Shown: positions 36,861 to 49,700, counted from the first letter of the stretch. The stretch is DNA of 64,000 bases from Vitrella brassicaformis CCMP3155 (GCA_001179505.1 CDMY01000738.1:1-64000), one strand, 5' to 3'. The notes: generated by a model not told the origin, from the sequence alone. A program made the numbers and translations.

Positions 36861-38197
36861 ATGCAGCACAACCAACAGCAGCCCGACCAGCAGCAGCAGC
36901 ACCCCATCGAGTACATCTTCGTCGGCCGCCGCACATTCTACCTTCTCAGCCTCAATGACATCCTGAGGCTGAGGAAGACCTGCAGATGGGCCAGAGGCCT
37001 CTTCGGAGCGCCTCAGCTGCGGCAGCGGCTCAGCCATGAGGTCAGCACACCCGCGGGGCTGCGGCGGACGGCCGACGGACAGCAGCTGCTGACCTTCGAC
37101 GACCAGCAGATGGGCGAGGGTGACCTGCTGGCGGCGCTGTGTGTGACGGGGGCGGGCGGCTGGAGTGAGATGAGCGAGGCGGTCGAGCTGGCGGGGCAGT
37201 GCGGCCACTGCCAGCTGCCTGTGAGCCTCACTGCGGGCGATCTGCACCAATACCCAAACAAGACGGTAAGCCAACCGAGGGAGGGAGGGAGCGAGGGAGG
37301 GAGAAGGGATGGCTGTCAATCGGTGTGTGGTGTGTTGATGTGTTGTGTGTGCAGGCGTATTTGGCCGGTCCCCGTGTGTTGGCTCAGCTGAAGATGGTCG
37401 GCCCCCACATCCACTTCGGCAACGGCGTGACCTTCCAGCTGTTCGACCACGGCAACAAACTGCGGGCCATCAAGGACGACATCGACCTCGCTATCGACAT
37501 CGACCCGCCCCTCCCCGCCAACGACTTCTTCCAGCAGCACCGACAGCAACATGACCCAGCCGTCCGCAGCAGCATCACATATGCCTCGCCTACGGGCTGG
37601 CGGTCGCTGACTGTTCCTTGGGACTACTCATCTGTATCGTTCTTCGTCAAAAACATCGTCCTCAACCACTTCAAGAGGTCTCACGAGACCAACGGGACTC
37701 ACCGTGAAATCGACAGGTGAGGCGGGGCATCACTCAGCTGTGTGGGCGCTTTGCGTGTGCACTGTCACGACACACACGAGTGTACGGTGTGTGTGTCAGG
37801 CATGTCGACAACAGCCGGCTGGACACCCTCATGACGCAGTCCCTACACACACCAGTGGAGGGATGCACCACCACCGCATCATTCCGCTTTGCCGGCCACA
37901 CTTGGTGTCGTCTCATCCTCACCGACGCCGGCCACCCCTTCGTCGCATGGATTGCCGTCATGTATGCTGCCTAACAACGGTCAGCCCAGCCCGGCACAGC
38001 GAGGGGGAGGAAATGCGGCGCCACTCTGATGCGCTGTGCTCTCCTGCCCTTCGTGTGCAGTGAGTGTTGAGGTCAAGACGACCGAGTCGGCTATGTGTGG
38101 TGTGGGTGGCGCCTTCAGGGACCGCTTCCCTCAGACCACTCGGCTAGCGCGGGCGGTGCTGGGGGCCGTCATCTCAGCCATCCTGTGCGGCCGATAG
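36861..38197 (+). pseudogene. Family A copy A3; lacks the A1/A2 N-terminal exons; frameshift at end of penultimate exon
   Basis: Colinear with A2 from about 36835 (cagcagatctgacggc). ATG TAT G CTG CCT AAC AAC G|gtcagc is 2 nt short relative to A5 and gives TAA at 37972-37974. Confidence 0.7.
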
Positions 38198-39290
38198 ACA
38201 GCTATGGGTACTGTCTGATAGAGGAACGACGGTGGGGTTGTTGAGTGGAGGGTGGACAGCAAGTCTCACTGACGGACTTCTCCCAAGACGACGCTTTAGA
38301 CAGCGCCGTGTTTTCCATGTCTTTCTTTCCACTCACACATACACACACCGTCCGTCCGTCCGTCCATTGCGCCACTCGTTCAATTGTTTTTGGGTGTATG
38401 GTTTCGCCCCCACGGCTGACCCACACGCACACACAAACACATCCGCAGGTGCCGTGAATGACGTCGTGGCAGCGTGTGGATGGATGGATGGATGTGTGTG
38501 TGTGGTGGGTGGCTCTGTGAAGACATACCGCTGGATATACAGCACATCGGCTGTCTGCGTGAATGGAGACCTGTCTTGAGTGTGAGTGTGAGTGTCTGTG
38601 TGTGTGTATGTGTGAGTGGACCGCAGCGAGTGAGCTGTGCTATCAATCGGTATTTCTGTGGGTCTCTCTCTCCCAATTGTGGCTCCCATTTTCAGGCGTT
38701 CACTCATTGCAATCAACAGCCAGGCATTCAGCAATACGGACACACACATCCCACACAGCCGTCCGTCAGACGCACGCACAAAATCCAACACGCCCAGCCA
38801 GCAAAGGCGTCCACCCTCTCTGTCTGTCTGTCTGTCTGTCTGTCTGGGCTCGCCAAGGGGCTCGGCAGCCACCGCTATGACACATCAGTTTGCCCACCGC
38901 GTGTGTGTGCCTTACCTTGCCTTCTGTCGGCCCCTCCCGTCTGCTGTCTATCCTCTTTCAGCCACTTGAGGAGAGGAAAAGGCCAGACGGCAGACAGTCA
39001 GCCAGCCAGACACACTGATGAGAGCAAACGCCGAAAGACTTACGGCAGTCGTGTGTGTGTGTGTGGGTGTGACGTGTCAGCCCCCCTCAGAGTCATCCAC
39101 ACAGACACCACACTCACACGGCCCGCAGCTATGCTATGCAGCACATAAGTGTCGTCAGCTAAGAATGGCCCCACTGCCTCTCTGCTATGATCGATCCCCC
39201 ACACACAATGGCCGGCCTGACAAACACCACCACCATCACACACACAGAGGTCAGACATGAACACGGTCACAGAAGTAGCCGTTCCCCACC

Positions 39291-41334
39291 TCAGGCATTG
39301 CGCGCCGCAGTTATTCTCAAATATGTGGCCGCGTAGAATATGCGCGTGACACTGAAGCCCTCGATGTTGGTGCCGTCAGGGAAAGAGGCCTCGATGAAAG
39401 CACGCTGCTCAGCTGTCGTCTTGTCGATATACAGGTCCACACACTGCAGGCCCCTGATGTGGGTGATCACCGACGAGAGGCCGGCGCGGACGAAGCTGCT
39501 CGCGTCCTCCACATCATTGGGCACTGAAGGGGAGGGGACACACACGGCAGCAGTGAGGGCGGACGGACACAAATTCTCTCTTCTGTCGGCGTACGTGTCA
39601 GATCAAGACGCTGATCGAGGCGTAGCGTCTTGATCGTCGGCAATCCTTCAGCCGCCTCGGCCAGCTGGTTGACGTCTACCTCTCCCATCTGCACCGTACC
39701 CACCTCCCTCTCCCTCCCCAGCGCCGTCAACACGCCCACCTTCTCCTCGGCACCCGACACCCTCTCGATGCACACCCTCCCCAGCTGCTTGGGCATCTTG
39801 TCGGCCAACAGCCGGCCAGCTGCACCGCCCAGGCGGTTGCGGACAGACAGAACTGAGGCTTTGGGGAACCGCTGCAGGTGGGCGATGACGACGGGATGGG
39901 GCGATGGCGTGTCGGCCGGGGGATGGAGGCCAGGGGCATTCTCGACGACCACCTCATCGGCCTTGTCGAATGAGAGTGTGGATGCGATATCGATGGCCGC
40001 TGGGCTGGGGTCGCTGTGCGAGTCGGTGAGGCCGTCCTGAGTGAAGATGTACTCCACCGATGTGGCCTGCTGTGCCAGCTGCTGCATCATGGTCTTGAGT
40101 GGGGGTGAGGGGCGGGTGGGGAAGTCGGGGTGGCAGAAGATGGAGAGGTCGAAGGTCCAATGGGAGGCGGTGGTGAGCGTCAGTGGGGCGTCCGGTCGGC
40201 AGCACTTGGTGACCAGTCGGTCCAGGGCCAGCAATGTGGGCAACTTGCGGCTGATGGCGTAGCGGGCAGAAAAGTGGACGTGCAGCTGCTTGAGAGAACG
40301 CCGGCAGCCCCGCGCAACGAGCACTTCCTGAAGACGACAACACACAAATATGGGACATCATGAGCCAACCCCACGGGCGCTGCTGTCCTGCCCTTTGTGT
40401 TCACCTGTAGCCGCTCGACGCCCGCCGGATCGCTGGTACCTTCGACCACGATGGTGCCGATGCGCTCCAGCTGGGCGAGTGGCCCTCCCTGCCGCCCAGC
40501 AGGCGCCACAGGGATGTGCTCAAACACACTCGACCACTCCCCACCGTCAAAGCTGCCGTCGACCTGCCGCAACGAGCGGGACGAGCCGATGTACTGGCCC
40601 AGTCTGCCAGGGCGCCACCCCTCCTGCCGCACGGTGGCGAGTGAGGGCATCAGCCAGCCCCGGTCGACCAGCTGCCGATGGTCGTATGTCAGGCGGCGAT
40701 GGTCTCGAGTGCGTCGAGGGTCGGGGGCGGGTCGAGAGGGGCGGGGAGGGGAGGATTTGTCTGTGTGATGCTCTGCCTCGCCGGGCCGGTCAGCCGAACG
40801 CCTCCCTCGATGGCGATGGTCTGCAGCGTCCCTCCGTTGAGGTTGGCTGCCCGTCGGCCGGCGATGTGGCCCTCGATGATGGCCACAAAGACGTGGAAAC
40901 ACCAACAAGGGAAGCCGAGAGGGTATTGGAGAGTGATGGACGTGAGCTGTCTGAGGTATGTGGCCCATTCCCTGACGAGGTCGATGGTGGTCCTCTGCCA
41001 AAACAACCGCTGGTCTTCGTCGGCCGCGCTGATTGTGAGGTGGTGCTGTTTGCGGGCCGCGTGTTGCCATGTGAGTGGCGGCAGCTGCAGCTGGATGAGC
41101 AGATGGATGGGCAGGAAGGCCATGACGATGCTAAGGATACCGGGCTGCACACAACCAGACAGCACACGGCGCGACATGTGGGTATCCATCAGTGGATGCC
41201 CTCAGTGCGTGTGGTTGGCTCACAGGTGCGTTCCCCCAGAAGCGTCTTTCCCTCTCAGCCCGACGCTGCCGCTCCTCATCGCTCTCACCACCAGCATCGT
41301 CACCGGGCTGAGCATTAGAGGAAGAGGCCACCAT
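39291..41334 (-). pseudogene. Family B copy B2; single frameshift
   Basis: ATC GCC -GC CTG ACA vs B1 ATC GCT GGC CTG ACA: a 1-nt deletion near 40694 gives TGA at 40691-40689. The homology continues in another frame (LTYDHRQLVDRGWLMPSL, ORF 40180..41070). Confidence 0.72.
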
Positions 41335-42124
41335 TGTGGTGGGTGAAGCAACCTGCTACAAATACCCAACGCACACAAACACGGCCGACATCCGTCTGGT
41401 GAAATGCGCCATTCATTGCCAGCGAGGCTGTGATGCGCCTCACCTGTCTATCGTCCACAATGATGGCTCTTGATCTGATTCAGTGGGTGCAATGAGAACT
41501 CCAATGCCTCCTCTGAGGCCGCTAATTAACCACTGCTCACGGCTCTATGACGTCCCTCGCTGACGGACAAACACACACAGCACATGAGTGCGGCACCGAT
41601 GTGAATTCGCCTTCTCTCTGCCCCTCCGCGCACCTCAGGATGGACAGACGCGACGATTCTTCTCAGTCAACTCATCGATCTGGGGCGAAGCAAGCACAAT
41701 ACGGCGCCTCGGCCGCCCCTCGATGCTGCACAAGGGTGCTCGCCTCCCCTCCCTCCCCTTTCCGATCTGCGAGCTCGCACACCAATGGTGTCCTTCCTCT
41801 TCTGATGAGATCTCAGCGTGTCATCCTCCCGCCCCTCTCGGCAGGCTGAGCCCCGTTCAGCCCTCCCCCTCGACAATTGCCCCTCGACGACATCGATGCC
41901 ATTCGCCCAGCGGCATCAGCAAGAGCAGCTATGCCATCGAGATCTGTCACGCATTCATGTGCCGGACTCGACGACACCTGACCGGCCGATTCAATCAGCC
42001 GTCAGGTCGGTATGTCGGCTGCCTTCCACAAGCAAAGCACTTCATGAATGCGTCATCCACACTGTCAGCGGTTGTGTGTGCTCTTTCCTGTCTGTGTCTG
42101 TCTGCAGTTACTCTTGCGTCAGCG

Positions 42125-43507
42125 ATGACTCAGCCTCGGCCCCGCAGCAGGAGCAGCGACCTGGACTCGCCCGTCGTCAACGGCGAGGCGGTCCGCTGCA
42201 TCTTCGGTGACTCGCGAGTTCGGCTGCTCAAGGTCAAGGACGTCGGTAGCCTCAGAGTGGCGGCCCGCCACCACAGCCTCGTCGACTTCCCTCCCAATGC
42301 ACTCCGCGCACGCCTCACCCACTCGCTGCATCGAATTCGGCTCGCCGACGGCTCACGGCTCAGCACAGTGCTGGCCTTCGACACCCAGACAGTGTCAGAG
42401 CCACGGGTGCTGCTGGCGGCCGTGTGGCTGGTGGAGGAGCAGAAGTGGGACGAGATCGTCGACGTATCGCGGCTGGCGGCGCACTGCGGCCGCTGCATTC
42501 TGCCGGTGCGGCTGACTGCTGACGACATTAACAGACACGCCAACAAGACGGTGAGACGCACACACAGGGGCGGGAGGGCAGAGGAAAGGGCCTTGTTCAT
42601 TCTTCTCTCTCTATGTGGTCGTGCGGGTGTATGCGTCGCTTCCCCGTGTGTTGGCTCAGCTCAAGATGGTCAGCCCTCACATCCACTTCGGCGACGCCGT
42701 GACCTTCCAGCTGTTCCAGCACGGCGGCAGAGTGCGGGCCATCATGGACGAGGACGGCTTCGAGCTGACCATCGACCCGCCCCTCCGTCCCAACCACCTC
42801 TACCAGCAGCACCGACAGCCACATGACCCACCCGTCCGGAGCAGGATTGGATATTCGCCGCCCACGGGGCCGCCGCACACGGGCTGGGTGCACCCGGGTG
42901 CTCGTGACCACGCGTCCATATCGTCGTTCGTCAAGACAACCGTCATCAACCACTTCTCGCGGACTCAGCAGCACAAAAGCACTGGCGGCCTCATCGACAG
43001 GTCAGGCGGCGCATCATTCTGTGTCGGCACTGTGACGACACACACGAGTGTATGCCTTGTGTGTGTGTCAGGCATGTCGACACCCACCGGCTGCACACCA
43101 TCATTACACAGTCCCCACACACACCAGTGGAGGGATGCACTACAAGTGCATCGGACCACTTCGCTGCCGGCTACACTTACCGTCGGTATCTCGTGCTCAC
43201 CGACGCCGGCCACCCCTTCGTCGCATGGATTGAGATCTGGGAGAACCCCTTCGACGGTCAGCCCAGCCCGGCACAGCGAGGGGGAGGAGGGTGACAAACC
43301 CAAGGAGGCACATAGTCTCATCTACTGTCCACTGGTGTCCTCCCCTGTCCTTCATTTACAGGGGATGTCCGCATCCACACGACCGAGTCGGCTGTGTCTG
43401 GTGTGCGTGGTGCCTTCAAGGACCGCTTCCTTCAGACCACTCGGCTAGCGCGGGCGGTGCTGGGGGCCGTCATCTCAACCAGGATCGTCGACCGATTAGG
43501 CATATGA
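42125..43507 (+). CDS. Family A copy A4 (MTQPRP.. subtype); first intron acceptor mutated
   Basis: Four exons colinear with A5. The acceptor at 42624-42626 reads CGG (paralogues CAG/TAG). An in-frame CAG 33 nt downstream could rescue the frame. Confidence 0.65.
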
Positions 43508-44906
43508 CTGAGGTATGCATCAAACACGACTGACACGAGCAGAAGATGTCCATACAGACGAAAAGTTAACAACGGTGTCTATCTTTCCGTGTGTGTGTCA
43601 GGTTGTGCGGTGGCGATTGACATTGGGAAGAGCACTGCCGGCCGCATAGGCGGCTGCAATGGTGCACACACATCGTCGGGTTTTCCTATTGTTCACTCTC
43701 TGTCCATCTGCCGGCTGCTTGCTTCGCTCCCAGCATCTGCCACCTGCATCGAGTCTGTGTCGCTGCCGGCGACCAAGATCCCAGCCCATCTTTCAGTGGG
43801 CGTGGCGCTGCTGGGGATGAGCCGTCTTTTGTTCTGTACTGCCTTCTCTTCCGAGCCGCTCTCGGGCTGGGGCTTGCTTGCGAGACTTTTCGACGGTCGT
43901 CAACGTCTGAGTGTGTGTTGATGAGTGACTCGTTAGCTGTACAGATTGACGGACGGACGGGGGCTGCCTGATGCTGACGTGTGAATCGATGTTGGCAGGG
44001 AGGGAATGTCGAATGACTGTCGATACACTTAGTCAGGTCAGCCAAGAGGTATCGATCACTTGGTCAGGCACTGAATGAACACCGGCACCCATACACACAA
44101 GACAGACAGACAGAGACACTTGCCTACATGCACCCACAGCTGCCCACACCGCATACCACATAGTCTCGCGCACAAACCAAATAAGAAACACTCTGGAAGT
44201 TCCCTGCACGGACATCCCTATCTGCTTTTCGTCGTATCGTGTGACGTCAAATGCTTGATCAAGCAGACTGACACGGGTGCACACACGGCGTTACTCTCTG
44301 TTTGGGGCTAGTTTGGGTGGCTGCACAGGCCGAGTCAAAATGAGCAGGCGATTGTCTTGATCGAGTCATACCATTCATCACAAACACACACACAGACACA
44401 CACGCCGCCATCGGCTGAATCAGACAGCGCGACCTCCCTAAATCATCCATCGCCAACACGCATACCTGGCGATCCATCCGCCTGTCATTCCACTAAGAGC
44501 TGCACACATGAGATGAGTGAGTCTTGTCTTTCGCTCGATCATCCCCGCCGCTGCCTCTCTCGCCTGTCTGCCCAGCTCTTTGTCGGTGACCCGGCTGTGT
44601 GAGTGCGAGGGACGGAGGGAGGGAGGGAGGGGGGGAGGGAGGGAGGAAGGGGGGCAGAAGACCCACACAGGCAGCCAAAAGTGGAACGCACGGGTGGATG
44701 GATTAATGGATGGGTTCGTGGCCGATACGATCTGGTCATCATATCGAATCAACTAAGTGGGTCATGCAGAGATACACACCCACATGGACACTCACATGCA
44801 TGAGTGAGCTCTACACATCTATTCCATCCATGCCTCCATCCATCCATCCATCCATCCATCGTCCACCCGCACAGCCGAGCTACATCGGCCGCACCCCCAG
44901 CCACAC

Positions 44907-47856
44907 TCACGTATCTGACATACACAACACACAACAGAGAGACAGGGAGGGGATGCGCGCGTATAGATCGGTCGGTGAGGCTGGCTGGCTGTCTGAGTGG
45001 GTCCAGCTGGGGATGGTCTGCCTGTCTCTCACCTGGTGTGCGGCGCTCGACAGACAGGGTTCTGACGAGCATGCTGACCTTGCACAGACCGGTGCCGACC
45101 AGCTGCGCCAGGAAAGGCTGCTCAACGCGACGAGGCGACCCAAAAGTCATCTTGATCTGAGTACTCTTGTGGCCCTGCCGACCAGAGAGGCGCAAAGCAG
45201 ATTGCCCAGCAGCCATCTGTCTGTCTGTCTGTCTCTCTGTCTGTCTGTCTGTCTGTGACTTTTTCGTTGAATGTGGTCACCATGTCCATCACGCGGTTGT
45301 AGAATGTCTCGAGCTGGTCATCCGCCAACTTGTCTGAAACAGCAAACGAACAGAGCACCGACACGGCGATTAGCTCCCACTGATTCCCGTCCCCCCCTCC
45401 TTACCCCCCACATCAACATCAACATGCACTTCCTCGATCGGCGGCAGCTTCGTGGTGTCCTGGTCCCACAGACAGGGGCTGCCGTCATGGTGGATGGGTG
45501 TGTTAGCCGACAGGCTGAGACCCAGATACGACAGGCTCCTCTCCCCCCGCCCCCTGGTCACCCGCGCCGTCTGCAGCCCCTCCAGGAAGCGCCACAATTG
45601 ACCAAGGGGTGCGGTCAGGGTCTCACCCCACCAGTGTGATACGACGATACGCGCCAGGCTGGGCATGTTGGAGGCGATCTCCACTGCGCGCTGAATATTG
45701 GCGTTGCTGGCCAGTGCCTTGTGCTGCAGCTCCAGGGTGTGGGCGGCGGCGAATGCGTCGTCCCTGATGGCGGCGGGGGTGGTCTCGTCATCATCGTCAT
45801 CAGGGTCGACCTTGGCGAAGTCGACGCCGTAAGTCACGGTGCCGGCAGTCTTGGCGAAGCTGCCGATGAGCTTCTGGGCAGAAGCGGTGCCGCTCCTGCT
45901 GCTGAGCGAGAGGAGCTCCGCGTCAATGCGTCCATATGTGCCGTCGTCGGTGAGTGCGAAGACCTCCTCCCAGCCTACCTCGGGAGCCGCAACGGCCTCA
46001 CTGATAGCACACGAAGCACAGACATGTGTTGCGCTGTCCGTCATCATGCTCTCTCTTTCTGCATCCTTACATGAAGCGGGCAGCGCTCTCCGACCACACC
46101 ACAGTATCGTGATCATCATTCATGTCCCTCACGGTGATCTTGAGCTCACGAATGGACCGCTTCGCGCCCCTCGCCACCATCACCTCACGCAGCCTGTCGA
46201 CCCCGCTCCTGTCAGTATCCACCTCATCCATAGATACACCTCGGAGTGTGTGCAGCGCCGCCAGCGACTTGCCGTCGGCAGGCAGCGCACTCAGCAGATC
46301 GGCCGTGGCGGCGAAGTAGATATGCTTGAGGTCCAGCACCTCAATAGCCTCACAGCCGCCAACCCATGCCTTCAGGCCGTCCATCTCGTGAAACCATGAC
46401 GGATCCAAATAGGTCCCGACGATGAGCGTCGTGACGGCAGGGGTGCGCCACTGGCGGCCCACGCGAGCAGACCTGCAATCGCTGGGGATGTTGTCGACCG
46501 TCTTGAGTGCCGGGAGGTGGATGGGGGCGGTGGGTGCAGGGGGCAGAGCAGACCCGGGGGGAGGGGAGGGGATGCGAATGCTGTTGTCGAGGGTGACGCT
46601 CTCGAACGACAGCACCTCCAATGTGCCGTCACCAGCCGACTTGCCGCTGTCATCAGTTTGCCTTGACGAAGCAGCAGCTGCCGCAGCTGTCTCCTCCCCT
46701 CCCTCCCTCTTCCGCCGCTTCTGTTTGGCTGCGATGGCCGCTCGGCCGCTGGCGTGGCCTTCTACCAGCGCATTCCACGTCCCCAGACACCAATCCACCT
46801 CGCAATCCTCGGGGTAGCGGTGCTTGATCTCTCTGATGTTGGTCGCCCTCTGCCCCCACCTCTTGCGCCACGGCCAGTGGCATGGCCGCCGACATACGCC
46901 TGGCCTTGTCGTCCTCACAGTCGATGACCGGGTTGGTGTAGCTGGCGGCCGACTGGGTGAAGAGGCGCGTGCCGAGACGCTGTCGGTAGGGCGTCAGCTC
47001 CCAGGGCTGCAGGTGGCCGAACACGTTGGAGAGCTCATCACGCGACAGACGGCGACGGGCCTGGGGGCAAAGAGAGAAGGCGTTAATACGTTAAGGTCGG
47101 TTTGATGTATCAGGGCTATCATGGTGTCATTCTCACCGGTCCTTCGTAGACGGAAGGTGGGATGCTGCTCCGATGCACCAGACGATACGATGGTCGCCGC
47201 ACCTGTGACCAGCACATGCGATGGACTGGACACGATGCTCTCGTCTGAATCTTTTGAGTACATGATGTGTACCTGTGGCTGTCGGTCGGTCTCTGCAGCT
47301 GCCGAGCTATTGGCTGGTGGCGGCGTGGGGGCGGCCGCCAGAGCATCCATGGCTCCCGAGAGGCCCGACTCGACAGACGACAGCTGAGTGAGGGCGGCGT
47401 TGACAAAGGACTCCAGAAAGGACAGCTGAGTGTGCACCAGCAGCGACTCATGGGACGATGCCTACGACCGAAGCGCACCAAACCATGTGCCATGACCTGC
47501 TGCCCACTGCGGACTCTGCGTGTACCTCGGCAGGGTGATTGGCAGGGTCCAGCTGATTGATCTCCGATAGACGAGCACCAACCTGATGCAGCCACCGAGA
47601 GATCAAGGGAAAGAACCATCAACACAGCGAAAGAGAGTGTGGCGTTGGGCCTGTCAGGGACATCAATCATATCATACCTTCGAGTGGAGCTGCCGCAGCT
47701 GGTCCAGGCCCTGCTCCACACGCGCCGCGTGCTCTTTCAACTAAACACAGCACACAGCACACAACACAGAGCACACAACATGACACAAGAGCCGTTGGAT
47801 GGGAGGTGCTGGCTTGTCTTGTTCGTCAGTCCGCCATTCACCTGAGCTACATCCAT
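44907..47856 (-). pseudogene. Family B divergent copy B3 with N-terminal coiled-coil-like extension; +1 frameshift; 3' end uncertain
   Basis: Exons MDVAQ/LKEHAARVEQGLDQLRQLHSK/VGARLSEINQLDPANHPAE/LSFLESFVNAALTQLSSVESGL.. then ARRRLSRDELSNVFGHLQPWEL (F-box-like). RYPEDCEVDWCLGTWNALVEGHASGRAA is similar to B1 QYPLCFPCWCFDVFVAVIEGHIADRRAA. The frame switches near 46860-46870. Confidence 0.65.
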
Positions 47857-48362
47857 GGCGCCGATCACTTGTTGCTATCAATGGTCCGCATGAACGGCGA
47901 ACAAGCCTGCAATCATCCAGAACAGAGAGAGCCAGATCAGATCAGACCGGCGGAAAGTATTGTGAAAGCGCCGTTTCTCGGTCTGAATTCTCATTTCTAT
48001 GCTCGTGTGTCGCCATCTCCCTGTGAGCCCTCGACTCGAGCCCTCCCGCGCCATGCGCTCACCTGGTCAGTAGCCACGGCAAATCGCTCCTCGTGTGCTG
48101 GCGATGGAAAGCCAGCCACAAAGGGGACCCCAAACAGCAAAACAGCAGAAATTGATGAAATGGATAATCTATAGGGTTTTCTGGGGTTGCAGGGTATGAA
48201 CCCAGCACTCCTTTCCCGAGAAAGGCTAAGTTGCTTCATTGCGTCAGATCGGTAGGTGGGCTGCCTTCTCACAAGCAAAGCAATTCATGAATGCGCCATC
48301 CACACTGTCAGCGGTTGTGTGTGTGCTCTTTCTTGTTTTGTCTGCAGTTACTCTTGTCCGCC

Positions 48363-49700
48363 ATGACTCAGCCTCGGCCCAGCAGCAGGAGCAGCGACCT
48401 GGACTCGCCCGTCATCAACGGCGAGGCGGTCCGCTGCATCTTCGGTGACTCGCGAGTTCGGCTGCTCACGGTCAAAGACGTCGGCAGCCTCAGAGTGGCG
48501 GCCCGCCACCACAGCCTCGTCGACTTCCCTCCCAATGCCCTCCGCACCCGACTCACCCACTCGCTGCATCAAATTCGGCTCGCCGACGGCACACGGCTCA
48601 ACACCGTGCTGGTCTTCGACGCCCAGACGGTGTCTGAGCCACGTGTGCTGCTGGCGGCCATGTGGCTGGTGGAGGAGCAGACGTGGGACGTGGTCGCCGA
48701 CATACTGCGGCTGGCAGCGCAGTGCGGCCGCTGCACGCTGCCGGTGCGGCTGACTGCTGACGATATCAACAGAATCGCTAACAAGACGGTAAGATACACA
48801 CACACAGGGGCAGGAGGGCAAAGAGAGGACCTCCTCCATCCTTCTCTCTCTCTCTCTCTCTCTCTTTTGTATGTGTGGCGCGTAGGTGTATTTGGCCGCT
48901 CCCCGTGTGTTGGCTCAGCTCAAGATGGTCGGCCCCCACATCCACTTCCGCGACGGCGTGACCTTCCAGCTGTTCGACCATGGCAACACACTGCGGGCCG
49001 TCAAGGACGAAGACGGCTTCGAGATCGATATCCCCCCGCCCCTCCCTCCCAGCCACCCTCTTTACCAGCAGCACCGACAGCAGCATGACCCGCCCGTCCG
49101 CACCAGGATCGACTATTTTGCGCCTCTGGGCTGGCGGTCGCTGACTGTCCCTTGGGACTACTCATCTGTGTCGTCGTCTGTCAAGAGCATCGTCATCAAC
49201 CACTTCTGGTGGACTCACTAGATTAACTCCACTGCCCGTATGATCGACAGGTGTGGCGGGGCGTCACTCTTTGCGGGCATTCCGACGTCACACGAGTGTA
49301 TGTTATGTGTGTGTGTCAGAGATGTCGACAACAACCGGCTGGACACTCTGCTGACACAGTTCTCCTACACACCAGTGGAGGGATGCACCACCACCGCAAC
49401 ATACCGCTCCACTGCCGGCTTCCCTCGGCGTCGCCTCGTCCTGACCCGTGCCAGCCACCCCTTCGTGGCGTGGATCGCCGTCACGCACCTGCTGGGCGAC
49501 AACGGTTAGCCCAGCCCGGCACAGCTAGGGGGAGGAAATGTGCTCCCTGTCGTTCCTTTGCAGTGCATGTTGAGGTCTTCACCACCGAGTCGGCTGTGTC
49601 TGGTGTGGGTGGCGCCTTCAAGGACCGCTTCCCTCACACCACTCGGCTGGCGCGGGCGGTGCTGGGGGCCGTCATCTCGGCCATGATCTTCGACCGATAG
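48363..49700 (+). pseudogene. Family A copy A5; premature stop
   Basis: ..NHFWWTH-TAG(49219-49221)-INSTARMIDR|gt. The frame and donor continue past the stop as in paralogues. Confidence 0.75.

Larger units (their letters stand above)
36835..41760. repeat. Dispersed segmental duplication: the A3-B2 unit is homologous to the A2-B1 unit (about 5450-10720)
   Basis: Beyond the genes, noncoding blocks match: 39135-39270 with 8063-8195, and 41370-41760 with 10310-10720 (gtgaattcgcc..cacctcaggatggacagacgcgacgattcttctcagt..gctgcacaagggtgctcgcctc). Confidence 0.85.
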
